A DNA stretch of 64,000 nt from the NCBI GenBank assembly GCA_026014565.1, contig JAOZIB010000025.1, positions 39,022 to 103,021 of the forward strand, read 5' to 3'. Of this stretch, positions 18,818 through 27,393 are shown in pieces. Numbering within the stretch: position 1 is the stretch's first letter; each line of letters starts with the position of its first letter. Position numbers and translations under genes: made by a program. The DNA comes from Candidatus Bathyarchaeum sp. Its GTDB lineage: Archaea > Thermoproteota > Bathyarchaeia > Bathyarchaeales > Bathyarchaeaceae. The notes below the pieces were generated by a model that was not told the origin of the DNA, searched no databases, and worked only from the letters and a program-made list of their open reading frames with translations.

Positions 18818-19089
18818 GAAAACACAACAACCCCAAAATCATGATGTTGTAAAAGTTTATTATTTTTAAAGCACATAATTTGTAAAACATAAAAGATTAA
18901 CAGCCCCCACAACTTAAATGTAAATTACAGAATATATATAATTTTTGATCAAAAAAGAAAAAATATAAAAAAATAGCCTAAAGAATAAGTGTAAGAGCAA
19001 AAGTATACATACTAAACACAATACAAATCAGGAAAGAAAATTACATTTTTTGACTATAAACCACTAAATATTACAAAAATCAAATAACA

Positions 19090-19306
19090 GCAATTAACAC
19101 AAAAAAACTCCAATGTCAATACATAGAGAAAAACGTCATTCTTGAGTCTGAACATCATAAATCATAATCAAATGGGATGACAAACTCTTTGAGTTTCATA
19201 CTTTTTTCAATAAAGCAAACAACTAATCATTAAACTACAAACTTTACGATAGATCATTAACTGCAAACGTGTAAAAACAATATTCAACGAGCAAATTTAA
19301 ATAATT
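19090..19306 (-). pseudogene. Decayed paralogous copy (repeat copy B) of the C2H2 gene 5' end and its upstream region
   Basis: Minus-strand translation is MISCLLY*KKYETQRVCHPI*L*FMMFRLKNDVFLYVL…. The intact gene reads MISCLLCGKTYETHRGLSSHLIRVHDVRDQKKRFSLYVM…. The upstream ~85 bp is also conserved (…gatcattaactgcaaac…aatattcaa…aatttaaataat). Confidence 0.65.
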
Positions 19307-19552
19307 GCACACTTTTGATTAAGAACCGTTTTTCATGGGTATTAGGTGCTAAGCTAGAACACCATAACAAGTCAGTTACATCCGAATCTAGCCGTTTCTA
19401 GCCTTTTACAACTGAATTAAGATGCAATCCGAACCCAACAGTAGTCCAATTTTAAAAAAGAAACCCAAAAACCAAAAATACAAAAAACGATTTTTGTTTT
19501 TTCTGCACAGCACAAACTAAAGAAAACACATATTTTTGCATTTAATTTGCTG

Positions 19553-19603
19553 GTCAAGGTTTCTTGACTAGTTTACAAAAATTTTTGGTCAATGTTTCTT
19601 GAC
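19553..19603. promoter_or_regulatory. Two operator-like palindromes, GTCAAGgtttCTTGAC (19553-19568) and GTCAAtgtttcTTGAC (19588-19603)
   Basis: Each is embedded in the repeated string TGGTCAAnGTTTCTTGAC, 35 bp apart. They lie 55-105 bp upstream of the methyltransferase gene. Confidence 0.35.
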
Positions 19604-19658
19604 AAAAAACGTTTTTAGAATAAACCCACACGAAGTATTTTGAAGACAAAGGGAGGAT

Positions 19659-20369
19659 TTGGAAATAAACACCCAAAAAATCAAAAGCATTTTACTGTTC
19701 ATCGCGATAGTAAGCGTAGTAAGCGTATTCTTGTACTATTTGACCTTAACCTCCTTTGGCTGGAACCAATGGATGCTTGTAGCCGCCAACGTAGTTTTCT
19801 TTGGGATATTCATCGCCACCATACAATGGCGAAGAAAAGTAGCCCGCCTGCCAAGCAGTGTATACCTCGCCTTTACTGTAGCATTTTTCGCAGAAATGTT
19901 TGGCCTGCCCTTAACTATGTATGTGTTTATGGGAGTGTTTGGATACAGCGATGCCTATTCTATAGAGTTCTTTCTAACCCAATCCCTAGGACAAGAAACA
20001 GCCTTCATCATTCACCATTGGCTGTTTAACATCTCAAAAATTGTCATGGGCATCGGCATTCTACTGGTAATCTATGGATGGAAACAAATCTACCAAGGCA
20101 AAGGCAAACTCGTAACCACCGGACTTTACAGTTACATACGCCACCCACAATACTTAGGGTTCTTCATGATAACCTTAGGAATGAATATACAATGGCTAAC
20201 ATTCATCATGCTCGCCCTATGGCCAGTTATCATAGTCCTTTATTATAGACTTTCAAAAACTGAAGAAAAAGAAGCCATCGAAAGGTATGGAGACAGATAC
20301 ATCAAATACAAAAATGACGTGCCCGGATTTTTCCCCCGATATCTACGACCCAAACAAACAACATACTAA
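19659..20369 (+). CDS. Isoprenylcysteine carboxyl / phospholipid methyltransferase-family membrane protein
   Basis: Polytopic, with the motif GLYSYIRHPQYLGFFMITLG. The start is uncertain: TTG at 19659 sits only 1-2 nt after the GGGAGGA box, and ATA at 19665 is better spaced. Confidence 0.75.
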   Translation: MEINTQKIKSILLFIAIVSVVSVFLYYLTLTSFGWNQWMLVAANVVFFGIFIATIQWRRKVARLPSSVYLAFTVAFFAEMFGLPLTMYVFMGVFGYSDAYSIEFFLTQSLGQETAFIIHHWLFNISKIVMGIGILLVIYGWKQIYQGKGKLVTTGLYSYIRHPQYLGFFMITLGMNIQWLTFIMLALWPVIIVLYYRLSKTEEKEAIERYGDRYIKYKNDVPGFFPRYLRPKQTTY

Positions 20370-20754
20370 ACAATTCATTCTCCCCTTTTTTCAAAAATCA
20401 ACTAATTTTGAGTATGAACACTGAATTCATAAGTCAGTTAAATACCAAACATCACAAGTAGCTGCAATAGTGCTTGGAGAAAAATGTGATGGAAAAATCG
20501 TTCTCAATCCAAAGTCGAAAACAGTTACAAAAATGATTACGGAAACGTTCACCAACAAAATCCATACGCTTACACCAGAATTGCAAACTATTCGGGCAGA
20601 TTACAGGGTTACTGTAGGTCAGAATATAGATTAATCGTTTTCTAGTGAATAGAATCAAAATATATAACGTATACTGAATAGATACGAAAAGTATATTGAG
20701 AATCCATAAATAATATATACAAAAATTGGAAATATAAGTCAAGAGGCGTTAACA

Positions 20755-21051
20755 TTGCGAAGATCAAAACTTGAAATGTATATCGACATCATCAAGGTCT
20801 TATCACAAAAAGGCCCACTGAAGTTAACACACATCATGTACAAAGCAAACGTGAACTGCAGCGTACTCAAAGAATACTTAGATTTCCTCATTCAACAAGA
20901 ATTAGTTGAAGAAAAAACCATTGGCAAGAAAAGGATAGTTTTTGCTGTTTCAGAAAAAGGAATCAAAGTGTTAAAATATTTCAGAGAATTGAAAGCAATG
21001 CTGCCCGTCACAGAAGACGGACAAGCCAAATTACCGGCTTCTCTATATTAA
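20755..21051 (+). CDS. Small winged-helix DNA-binding protein
   Basis: 98 aa. RSKLEMYIDIIKVLSQKGPLKLTHIMYKANVNCSVLKEYLDFLIQQELVEE is typical of archaeal wH proteins. Confidence 0.6.
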   Translation: MRRSKLEMYIDIIKVLSQKGPLKLTHIMYKANVNCSVLKEYLDFLIQQELVEEKTIGKKRIVFAVSEKGIKVLKYFRELKAMLPVTEDGQAKLPASLY

Positions 21052-21228
21052 TAAGACATTTTTCTTTACTTTCTTCCATTTTGTTCGTTTAATCTAACTA
21101 CGTTTCACTGTTGATTTTTTCCGAGCAAGCATGTTCAGCCCAATAATAGCAAATAATGTATCATAAGATTTAATAAACAATATGTAGTACATCACTTCAG
21201 ATATACAAAAAAATCTAGGACCACAAAC

Positions 21229-21600
21229 ATGTCATCATACCGAAGAATCGATACAAAATCAACGCAACTTCTGGAAAAAATCAGAGAGAGCCTTGAGAAA
21301 CTCAACGATAAAATCGACATTATTATTGAAATACAAAAACATGGTCAAAGAGAACTGCCTGAAAACATACCTGAAGCATTAGACGTAATGACTTTGCTTT
21401 CACTTCCAGATCATTTACGAAAAACAGCAGTTACCCTTTGTAAACTTGAAAAAGCAACAGCTGACGAAGTCGCAGAACAAACAAAACGAGCCAGAGCAGT
21501 AGAAAGTGGTTACCTAAACCAACTCGTGGTCATGGGATACATGAAAAAAGAAAGAGACGGCCGAAAGGCTTACTTCTACGTCGACAAAGAGGAGACATAA
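21229..21600 (+). CDS. wHTH transcriptional regulator with N-terminal coiled coil
   Basis: LPDHLRKTAVTLCKLEKATADEVAEQTKRARAVESGYLNQLVVMGYMKKERDGRKAYFY. Confidence 0.6.
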   Translation: MSSYRRIDTKSTQLLEKIRESLEKLNDKIDIIIEIQKHGQRELPENIPEALDVMTLLSLPDHLRKTAVTLCKLEKATADEVAEQTKRARAVESGYLNQLVVMGYMKKERDGRKAYFYVDKEET

Positions 21601-21835
21601 CAAAATGGGAAAAATTATTGCAATACACGAGTACAAAGTCAGAACCAGAAAAAATCACTGTCAATTAACTTAACATTTACAGATTCCAGAAGCGGAAAAA
21701 GTCTGCTCGATGGACTTGGACTTTCGAGCCCCCAAGCCTTCACGTCATATTCAAAAAGAGAACATAATAGGTTTAAACAATATTATGAATTCAGGCATAA
21801 ACCAAATTTTTGTAGATATCCAAATTATTAGGTTA

Positions 21836-22381
21836 TTAATCTGAAGTCCAAAGCAAATACGAAGATCGGATAACCCAAAATGCACTCGCAACACTAGAAA
21901 CTGTCTCAGGAACAGCAATCCCAAAGGCGCACAAGTCTAACCCGTATATTACCCAAAACAAAACGCCAATAATTAGGGCAAAGGCAGCCAGAGTTGACCT
22001 TTTTTCTACAAAATAACTAATTGAAGAAAGGCTCAACATAATAAAAAACAAAATTGAAACTGCAGTATGTAATGAACCATAGACTTCATCAAACATAGCA
22101 ATAAATTGAAGAGATAAACCGGCTGCTAACAGAAAATAGCTGGTGTTTTTTGCATGTTTTCGGAAACTAGTTAAAGAATATAAGATTATAAAAAATCCAG
22201 TCAAAAGCAATCCAAAATTGAATAAGGCTGCAACAGGACTGTTAATGGAGTGGCCAAGATCGCTTAAGGCATTTTGGCTCCAACTGAACCAATGCGATAA
22301 GAATATTGATAGGCTTATGAATACCATAGCAGTTAATGGTCCAACAATACCAAAAAGTGTAAAAAATCGTTTTTTTAGCAT
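21836..22381 (-). CDS. Polytopic membrane protein (DUF998-like)
   Basis: About 6 TM helices, with an NALSDLG…AALFNFGLLLTG motif that resembles DUF998 from memory. Confidence 0.5.
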   Translation of the reverse strand: MLKKRFFTLFGIVGPLTAMVFISLSIFLSHWFSWSQNALSDLGHSINSPVAALFNFGLLLTGFFIILYSLTSFRKHAKNTSYFLLAAGLSLQFIAMFDEVYGSLHTAVSILFFIMLSLSSISYFVEKRSTLAAFALIIGVLFWVIYGLDLCAFGIAVPETVSSVASAFWVIRSSYLLWTSD

Positions 22382-22429
22382 TATGATTGACCCCCATAAT
22401 TTATTACGCTTCCATTAATTAAAGATTAA

Positions 22430-23167
22430 ATGGAGAATAGTATGTCTGGAGCAGAATCCCTTATTCCATTTATTAAAGAAAAAGGAAAAAATGACGAACC
22501 AACAATCATAGTGGACAGCCGAGAAGCAAAAACTGCACATAAAATAATCAAAGGACTAAAAGAAAAAGGAGCTGAAATAAGCATAAGATTCCTCGAAAAA
22601 GGAGATTATGTCATTTCAAACCAGTGTGCCTTTGAAAGAAAAACAGTAAACGATTTTGTATACACGCTTACACGAAGGTACCTTTTTGACCAGCTGCTTA
22701 CGTTACAAGAATGTTATCCGAAAGCATTTGTTTTAATTGAAGGCTATTTGCCAATCATATACAAATACAGCAAAATTCAACCTGCATCAGTTTGGGGGGC
22801 AATGTTTTCCATCGCCAAGCAAGGAGTTAATTTGATGCATACTAACAGCTACAAAGAAACTGTTGATTTTTTGTATACTGCAGCAAAACAAGAACAAATT
22901 ATGGAAAAAAGGGCACCAGCGGTACATCCAGTTAAAAAACATGAAAGTTTATCTGATTCTCAAATCTTTTTTATGGCTAGTTTACCCAACATTGGACGAG
23001 AAAAAGCTACTTCAATATTGAATACCTATCAGTGCCCATTGAATGCCCTAAATAATGTAGACAGGTGGCAAAATGATATTCACGGTTTGGGTCCAAAAAT
23101 TACTAAAAAAGTAAAAGAGGTCATTCATCAATCTTATACTGAAGCAGAAAATGCAAAAAATGAGTGA
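22430..23167 (+). CDS. xpf: Short-form XPF/ERCC4 nuclease with C-terminal HhH region
   Basis: ERCC4 motif IIVDSRE…KGDYVISNQCAFERKTVNDF, then LPNIGREKA…GLGPKITKKV. No helicase domain is present (crenarchaeal-type short XPF). Confidence 0.8.
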   Translation: MENSMSGAESLIPFIKEKGKNDEPTIIVDSREAKTAHKIIKGLKEKGAEISIRFLEKGDYVISNQCAFERKTVNDFVYTLTRRYLFDQLLTLQECYPKAFVLIEGYLPIIYKYSKIQPASVWGAMFSIAKQGVNLMHTNSYKETVDFLYTAAKQEQIMEKRAPAVHPVKKHESLSDSQIFFMASLPNIGREKATSILNTYQCPLNALNNVDRWQNDIHGLGPKITKKVKEVIHQSYTEAENAKNE

Positions 23168-23217
23168 AAAACTGTTTTTAGTCTTTTTACTAACAAATCG
23201 ATTATAATTTAAGTTAG

Positions 23218-24618
23218 TTGACCAAAATACATGCAGAGGCAAAGATTTTGAGCGGTCCAAGAAAAGATTTTGATCACATTTTTAGGGCATATGACATACG
23301 AGGCATTTTCGGAGAAGACCTAACAGAAGGAGTCGCCACCAAAATTGGGGCAGCTTTTGGCAAATTATTAGATGGAAAAACAGTTGTCGTAGGTAGAGAC
23401 GTAAGAGTCAGCGGTGAAAAACTCCGAGACGCCCTAATTTCAGGGTTGACTAGATTTTCAGACGTAACAGATGTTGGGGTCATCCCCACACCATTACTGT
23501 ATTTCGCTTCAAATATTCTACAAAAAGATGCAGGAATAATGGTCACTGCTTCTCATAACCCACCGAAATGGAATGGTTTCAAAGCATTTAGAGGACAAAA
23601 AGGAAGCATCTATGGCGAAGACATGGAAAACGTCAAAAACTATGCAAAAAAGTTTGACCCAAAAACTTTCGGTACCCCCAAAGGGAAAACTGCTAGACAC
23701 GAAGGCATAATCAAAGAATATCAAAATTTTGTTCAGAAAAAAATTAGCATTGAAAGAAAACTCAATGTCGTAGCAGATACGGCAAACGGAACATGCGGAT
23801 TAGTTGCCCCAGAACTTTTTGAAAAAATTGGCGTTAACATTTATACTCTTAACAGAGAACCTGACGGCACTTTTCCAGCTCATCTTCCAGTTCCTAAAGC
23901 TGAAACTTTAGGCGAACTGATGAAAGAAGTAGTTAACCGAAAAGCAGACTTTGGTGTAGGCTACGACGGGGACGGAGACAGAGCAGTATTCATCGATGAA
24001 AAAGGTAACCTGATTCCTGGAGATCTGACTCTACTTCTATTTGCAAAAGACATCCTCCAAAAACAAAAAGGAGGAAAAGTAGTATACGAACTAACATGTT
24101 CCATGGCAGTGAAAGAGTATGTTGAACAACTCGGAGGCATTCCCATAGTTGAACGAGTTGGTCATACTTTCATAATGGATCAGATGATTAAGCAAAAAGC
24201 AGTTCTAGGTGGAGAAAAAAGCAGCCATTTCTATTTCGCAGACGTCTACGGAATGGATGACGGAACTTTTGCCAGCATGAAATTGGCAGAAATTTTATCA
24301 AAAACTGACAAGAAACTTTCTGAGCTTGTTTCTGCTCTACCACAATATCCTTCGGTGTATGAAAAAAATTTCGAGTGCCCAGATTCGAAAAAGTTTATGG
24401 TGATTGAAAAAGTTCGTAGACAATTCAAAGCCCATGGACTTGAAACATTAGACATTGATGGCGTGAAACTGATAGAGGAAGACGGGTGGGTAATTTTACG
24501 GGCTTCAAACACTGAACCTGTAGTTAGAATTTCCGCAGAAGCACATACCGAAAAGAAACTCAACGAGCTTTATGATTTAGCAGTTAGTGAACTCAAAAAA
24601 GCGCTTAAAGGTGATTAA
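23218..24618 (+). CDS. glmM: Phosphoglucosamine/phosphomannomutase (alpha-D-phosphohexomutase)
   Basis: Active-site loop TASHNPPKWNGFK and metal loop GVGYDGDGDR. The exact start is uncertain (TTG options). Confidence 0.85.
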   Translation: MTKIHAEAKILSGPRKDFDHIFRAYDIRGIFGEDLTEGVATKIGAAFGKLLDGKTVVVGRDVRVSGEKLRDALISGLTRFSDVTDVGVIPTPLLYFASNILQKDAGIMVTASHNPPKWNGFKAFRGQKGSIYGEDMENVKNYAKKFDPKTFGTPKGKTARHEGIIKEYQNFVQKKISIERKLNVVADTANGTCGLVAPELFEKIGVNIYTLNREPDGTFPAHLPVPKAETLGELMKEVVNRKADFGVGYDGDGDRAVFIDEKGNLIPGDLTLLLFAKDILQKQKGGKVVYELTCSMAVKEYVEQLGGIPIVERVGHTFIMDQMIKQKAVLGGEKSSHFYFADVYGMDDGTFASMKLAEILSKTDKKLSELVSALPQYPSVYEKNFECPDSKKFMVIEKVRRQFKAHGLETLDIDGVKLIEEDGWVILRASNTEPVVRISAEAHTEKKLNELYDLAVSELKKALKGD

Positions 24619-25956
24619 TTGCAAACAGTTATCCTTGCGGGGGGAAAAGGAAAGCGGGTTTTTCCACTTGCAGCAAACAGCCCTAAACCCATGTTCAAAC
24701 TTTTAGGGAAACCCCTTATTCACCATGTTATTGATACCCTCAAACAAGCAGGACTAAAAGATTACGTCATTGTAGTAGGACACTGTGGTGAACAAATCAA
24801 GCGTTACCTAAAAGACGGAAGCAAACTAGGAGTTAACATCCAATACACTTTACAAAAACAGTCACTGGGCATGGCAGATGCGCTTCAGACTACAAAAGAA
24901 TTGGTTGATGACAACTTTTTTGTGGTCAACGCTGACGACGTTTTTGAAGCTACATTAATCAAAAACATGAAATCCCACTTTGAAAAAACTGGAGCAGAAA
25001 TTGTACTTTCATACAAGCCAGTAAAAGAGACATGGAAATTTGGCATAATAGACGTAAAAAATGAGCAAGTAACAGATTTTGTTGAAAAACCTCCAAAAGG
25101 AAAAGAGCCTAGCAACCTAGCAGTTGTAGGAGTTTACCTTTTAACGAAACAGATTTTTGATTACTACAAAAAAATCCCAGTTTCTGACCATCAATATGAA
25201 GATGCAATATTGCAGTTCATAAAAGACAAAAATGTAGTCAAAGCAGTAAGTTATGATGGTTTTTTTGCGGGCTACAAGTATCCATGGGACCTTTTCAGAA
25301 TAAATAAACATTTGATGGATAAACTACTAACTGAACAAAAAATTCATGAAAGTGCAAACATTTCTGACCGTGCAATAATTGAAGGAAACGTGTGGATATC
25401 AAAGGAAACAAAAGTGTTCGAAGGCGTGTGCTTACGAGGACCATGTTATGTGGGAGAAAACTGTGTGATAGGGGGAAACAGTTTGGTTCGAGATTATTCG
25501 TCCTTAGGTGAAAGATGCGTTGTAGGCTTTTCCACTGAAATTAAACATTCCCTAATCGGAGATGATTGTTGGTTCCATACAAACTACATTGGAGATTCAA
25601 TAATTGCGAATAACTGCCTATTTGGTTCAGGAACAACCACAGCAAACTACAGATTTGACGAACAAAACATTAAAGTCAAAATTGGAAACAAACGTATCGA
25701 TTCAGGAACAAATAAACTGGGTGTAATAATGGGAGATAATTGCAAAACAGGAATCAATTCTTGTATTGAGCCGGGAATAAAAGTTGGTCCCCAAAGTTTA
25801 GTCGGACCAAATGTAGATTTACAAGAAGATCTAGAACCGAATAAAATCATATTGGTAAACAAGGCAAGTTATATCAAAAAAGAGGATACAATAAAAATTT
25901 CTGCAGAAAGCAAAAAACAACTAATGAATGAATTGCTAAAAAAACAGAAGTTATGA
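24619..25956 (+). CDS. Bifunctional sugar-1-phosphate nucleotidyltransferase / acetyltransferase (archaeal GlmU-like)
   Basis: N-terminal ILAGGKGKRVFPL and C-terminal left-handed beta-helix hexapeptide repeats. TTG start is preceded by GGTGA. It abuts glmM. Confidence 0.8.
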   Translation: MQTVILAGGKGKRVFPLAANSPKPMFKLLGKPLIHHVIDTLKQAGLKDYVIVVGHCGEQIKRYLKDGSKLGVNIQYTLQKQSLGMADALQTTKELVDDNFFVVNADDVFEATLIKNMKSHFEKTGAEIVLSYKPVKETWKFGIIDVKNEQVTDFVEKPPKGKEPSNLAVVGVYLLTKQIFDYYKKIPVSDHQYEDAILQFIKDKNVVKAVSYDGFFAGYKYPWDLFRINKHLMDKLLTEQKIHESANISDRAIIEGNVWISKETKVFEGVCLRGPCYVGENCVIGGNSLVRDYSSLGERCVVGFSTEIKHSLIGDDCWFHTNYIGDSIIANNCLFGSGTTTANYRFDEQNIKVKIGNKRIDSGTNKLGVIMGDNCKTGINSCIEPGIKVGPQSLVGPNVDLQEDLEPNKIILVNKASYIKKEDTIKISAESKKQLMNELLKKQKL

Positions 25957-26068
25957 CACATCTAAAAATCTGAATAGATGGACTGCATGACATGCTCGCC
26001 AACAAAAAGGCTGTTTACTGTAGAAATAAATAAGTAGTTTGTTTATATGTTAGTGGCTAGGTGTTACG

Positions 26069-26494
26069 ATGTCAGTAGCTAAGAGAAATTTTGTTGGCGA
26101 GATTGGTTCGCTAATCGACAAAATAGTTATGGTAATTACAGTTGACGGAAAAAAATTCACTGGAACCTTATCGGGAATCGACCCAGACACATTAACTCTT
26201 GCATTATCAGACGCCAAAGACGAAAGAGGTGCAACAACCCACAAAATTTTCATGAACGGCAGCACAGTTGGACAAATTTTCACTATCCAAAAACCCTTTG
26301 ACCTAAAGGCACTAGCAGAACGGCTGGAAAAAGTTTTTCCAACAATGGTGAAACTCTACGAAGAACAAGGTTTCATTTGGGTAATGGAAAAAATCAAAGT
26401 AACCGAAAAAGGTGTAGTAGAAGGCGCAGGTCCAATCGCCGAACGAGTCCAGCGGGTACACGGCTTATTTATCAAAGACTCTGAATCTAAATAA
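26069..26494 (+). CDS. Sm-like (Lsm) protein with C-terminal extension (SmAP3-like)
   Basis: Sm1 is KIVMVITVDGKKFTGTLSGIDPDTLTLAL and Sm2 is KIFMNGSTVGQIF, followed by a ~70-aa C-terminal domain. Confidence 0.65.
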   Translation: MSVAKRNFVGEIGSLIDKIVMVITVDGKKFTGTLSGIDPDTLTLALSDAKDERGATTHKIFMNGSTVGQIFTIQKPFDLKALAERLEKVFPTMVKLYEEQGFIWVMEKIKVTEKGVVEGAGPIAERVQRVHGLFIKDSESK

Positions 26495-27239
26495 ACCAGC
26501 GGTAATCCGCTTCCCGATTCTTTTTTTCTACTGACGAAGGAGAAACAACACCAAAGGATTTTAAAACTTCACTTGTTTCCTCTGTCGCCTCTTCTAAATT
26601 CTCGACATTTACTTTCAAATTCAACAAAATATTAAGGACTTTAAGAACTTCACGAGTTGCCACAGCATCAGCATAAAGTCCAGGTGTTTCTGCCAGCAAA
26701 CTAAGACTTTTAATGTTTCGCAACTTGCATAAACCAACAAGCAATCCTGCTACTCCAAAAATGTGTCCTTTCATTATTTTTGCGTTTAAATCCAAGGCTT
26801 CTTGCAGGGTATCGATGTCTGAGGCTGTACAATAAAGTTCAGGAATTTCAACGGCTTCATCTTTTTTTAGTCCACCAACAGTGATAACGTATTTACATCC
26901 AAATTCTTCACATATGTCCAAAATTTTGCCACACAACTCATACTGCCCAACGGTCGTCAGGGCTTGTGTATTTCCATGAAGAATTATGAGGTCACGTTCA
27001 CCATTTTTTCCTTTGTAGTAGTAAAACTGATTCGTTGGGAAGTAAGTTTTTCCCCCACCTGTAGTCATTGCAAGGTCTTGAAACGATGAGGATTGAATCT
27101 GTGCAAACAGTTTTGCGTTTAACTGTTTGATGAGATGTAATGCAACGACATTAGCAACAAATCCTATTCCGGGTAATCCTTCGATTAATACAGGATTGTT
27201 CAAGACAGGTTTTTCGTAAAATTGTATTTTGCAGACCAT
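26487..27239 (-). CDS. PAC2-family proteasome assembly chaperone-like protein
   Basis: PVLIEGLPGIGFVANVVALHLI…LIILHGNTQ pattern. Confidence 0.7.
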   Translation of the reverse strand: MVCKIQFYEKPVLNNPVLIEGLPGIGFVANVVALHLIKQLNAKLFAQIQSSSFQDLAMTTGGGKTYFPTNQFYYYKGKNGERDLIILHGNTQALTTVGQYELCGKILDICEEFGCKYVITVGGLKKDEAVEIPELYCTASDIDTLQEALDLNAKIMKGHIFGVAGLLVGLCKLRNIKSLSLLAETPGLYADAVATREVLKVLNILLNLKVNVENLEEATEETSEVLKSFGVVSPSSVEKKNREADYRWFI

Positions 27240-27393
27240 AGTGTTTACCTCAGCGAAACCAGCACAACTAAGACAACTTTGAATATAAATGCAATGTTAA
27301 CAAGTTTGTTTGGATTGATGTTTTTGTTAAGTTAAGGTTAATAAATAAGCCTTCTGAGACACTACGGTATAGTGCTAGTTTGGCGGTTTCGGT

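Noticed and set aside
18840-19640. 800-bp AT-rich intergenic region considered as a possible replication origin.
   Set aside because: I could not recognise any ORB or mini-ORB-like repeats, and there is no adjacent orc1/cdc6. Most of it is explained by the decayed C2H2 copy plus promoter and operator sequence.
19640-20029. 129-aa ORF overlapping the methyltransferase gene in another frame.
   Set aside because: The alternative frame (19659..20369) has a clear family motif (RHPQYLG) and TM pattern.
20452-20742. 96-aa minus-strand ORF (MTYISNFCIYYLWILNILF…) and an antisense plus-strand 54-aa frame (20470..20634, LGEKCDGKIVLNPKSKTVTKMITETF…).
   Set aside because: The 96-aa product is an AT-driven low-complexity sequence. 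The plus-strand frame looks more protein-like, but it has only a GTG start, no SD and no recognisable family. I consider neither supportable as a gene.
24630-24642. 13-mer tatccttgcgggg repeated at 24630 and 32770.
   Set aside because: One copy is inside the glmU-like coding start and the other is in a 3' region. There is no extended flanking similarity. Matches of this length are expected by chance in 64 kb of biased composition.
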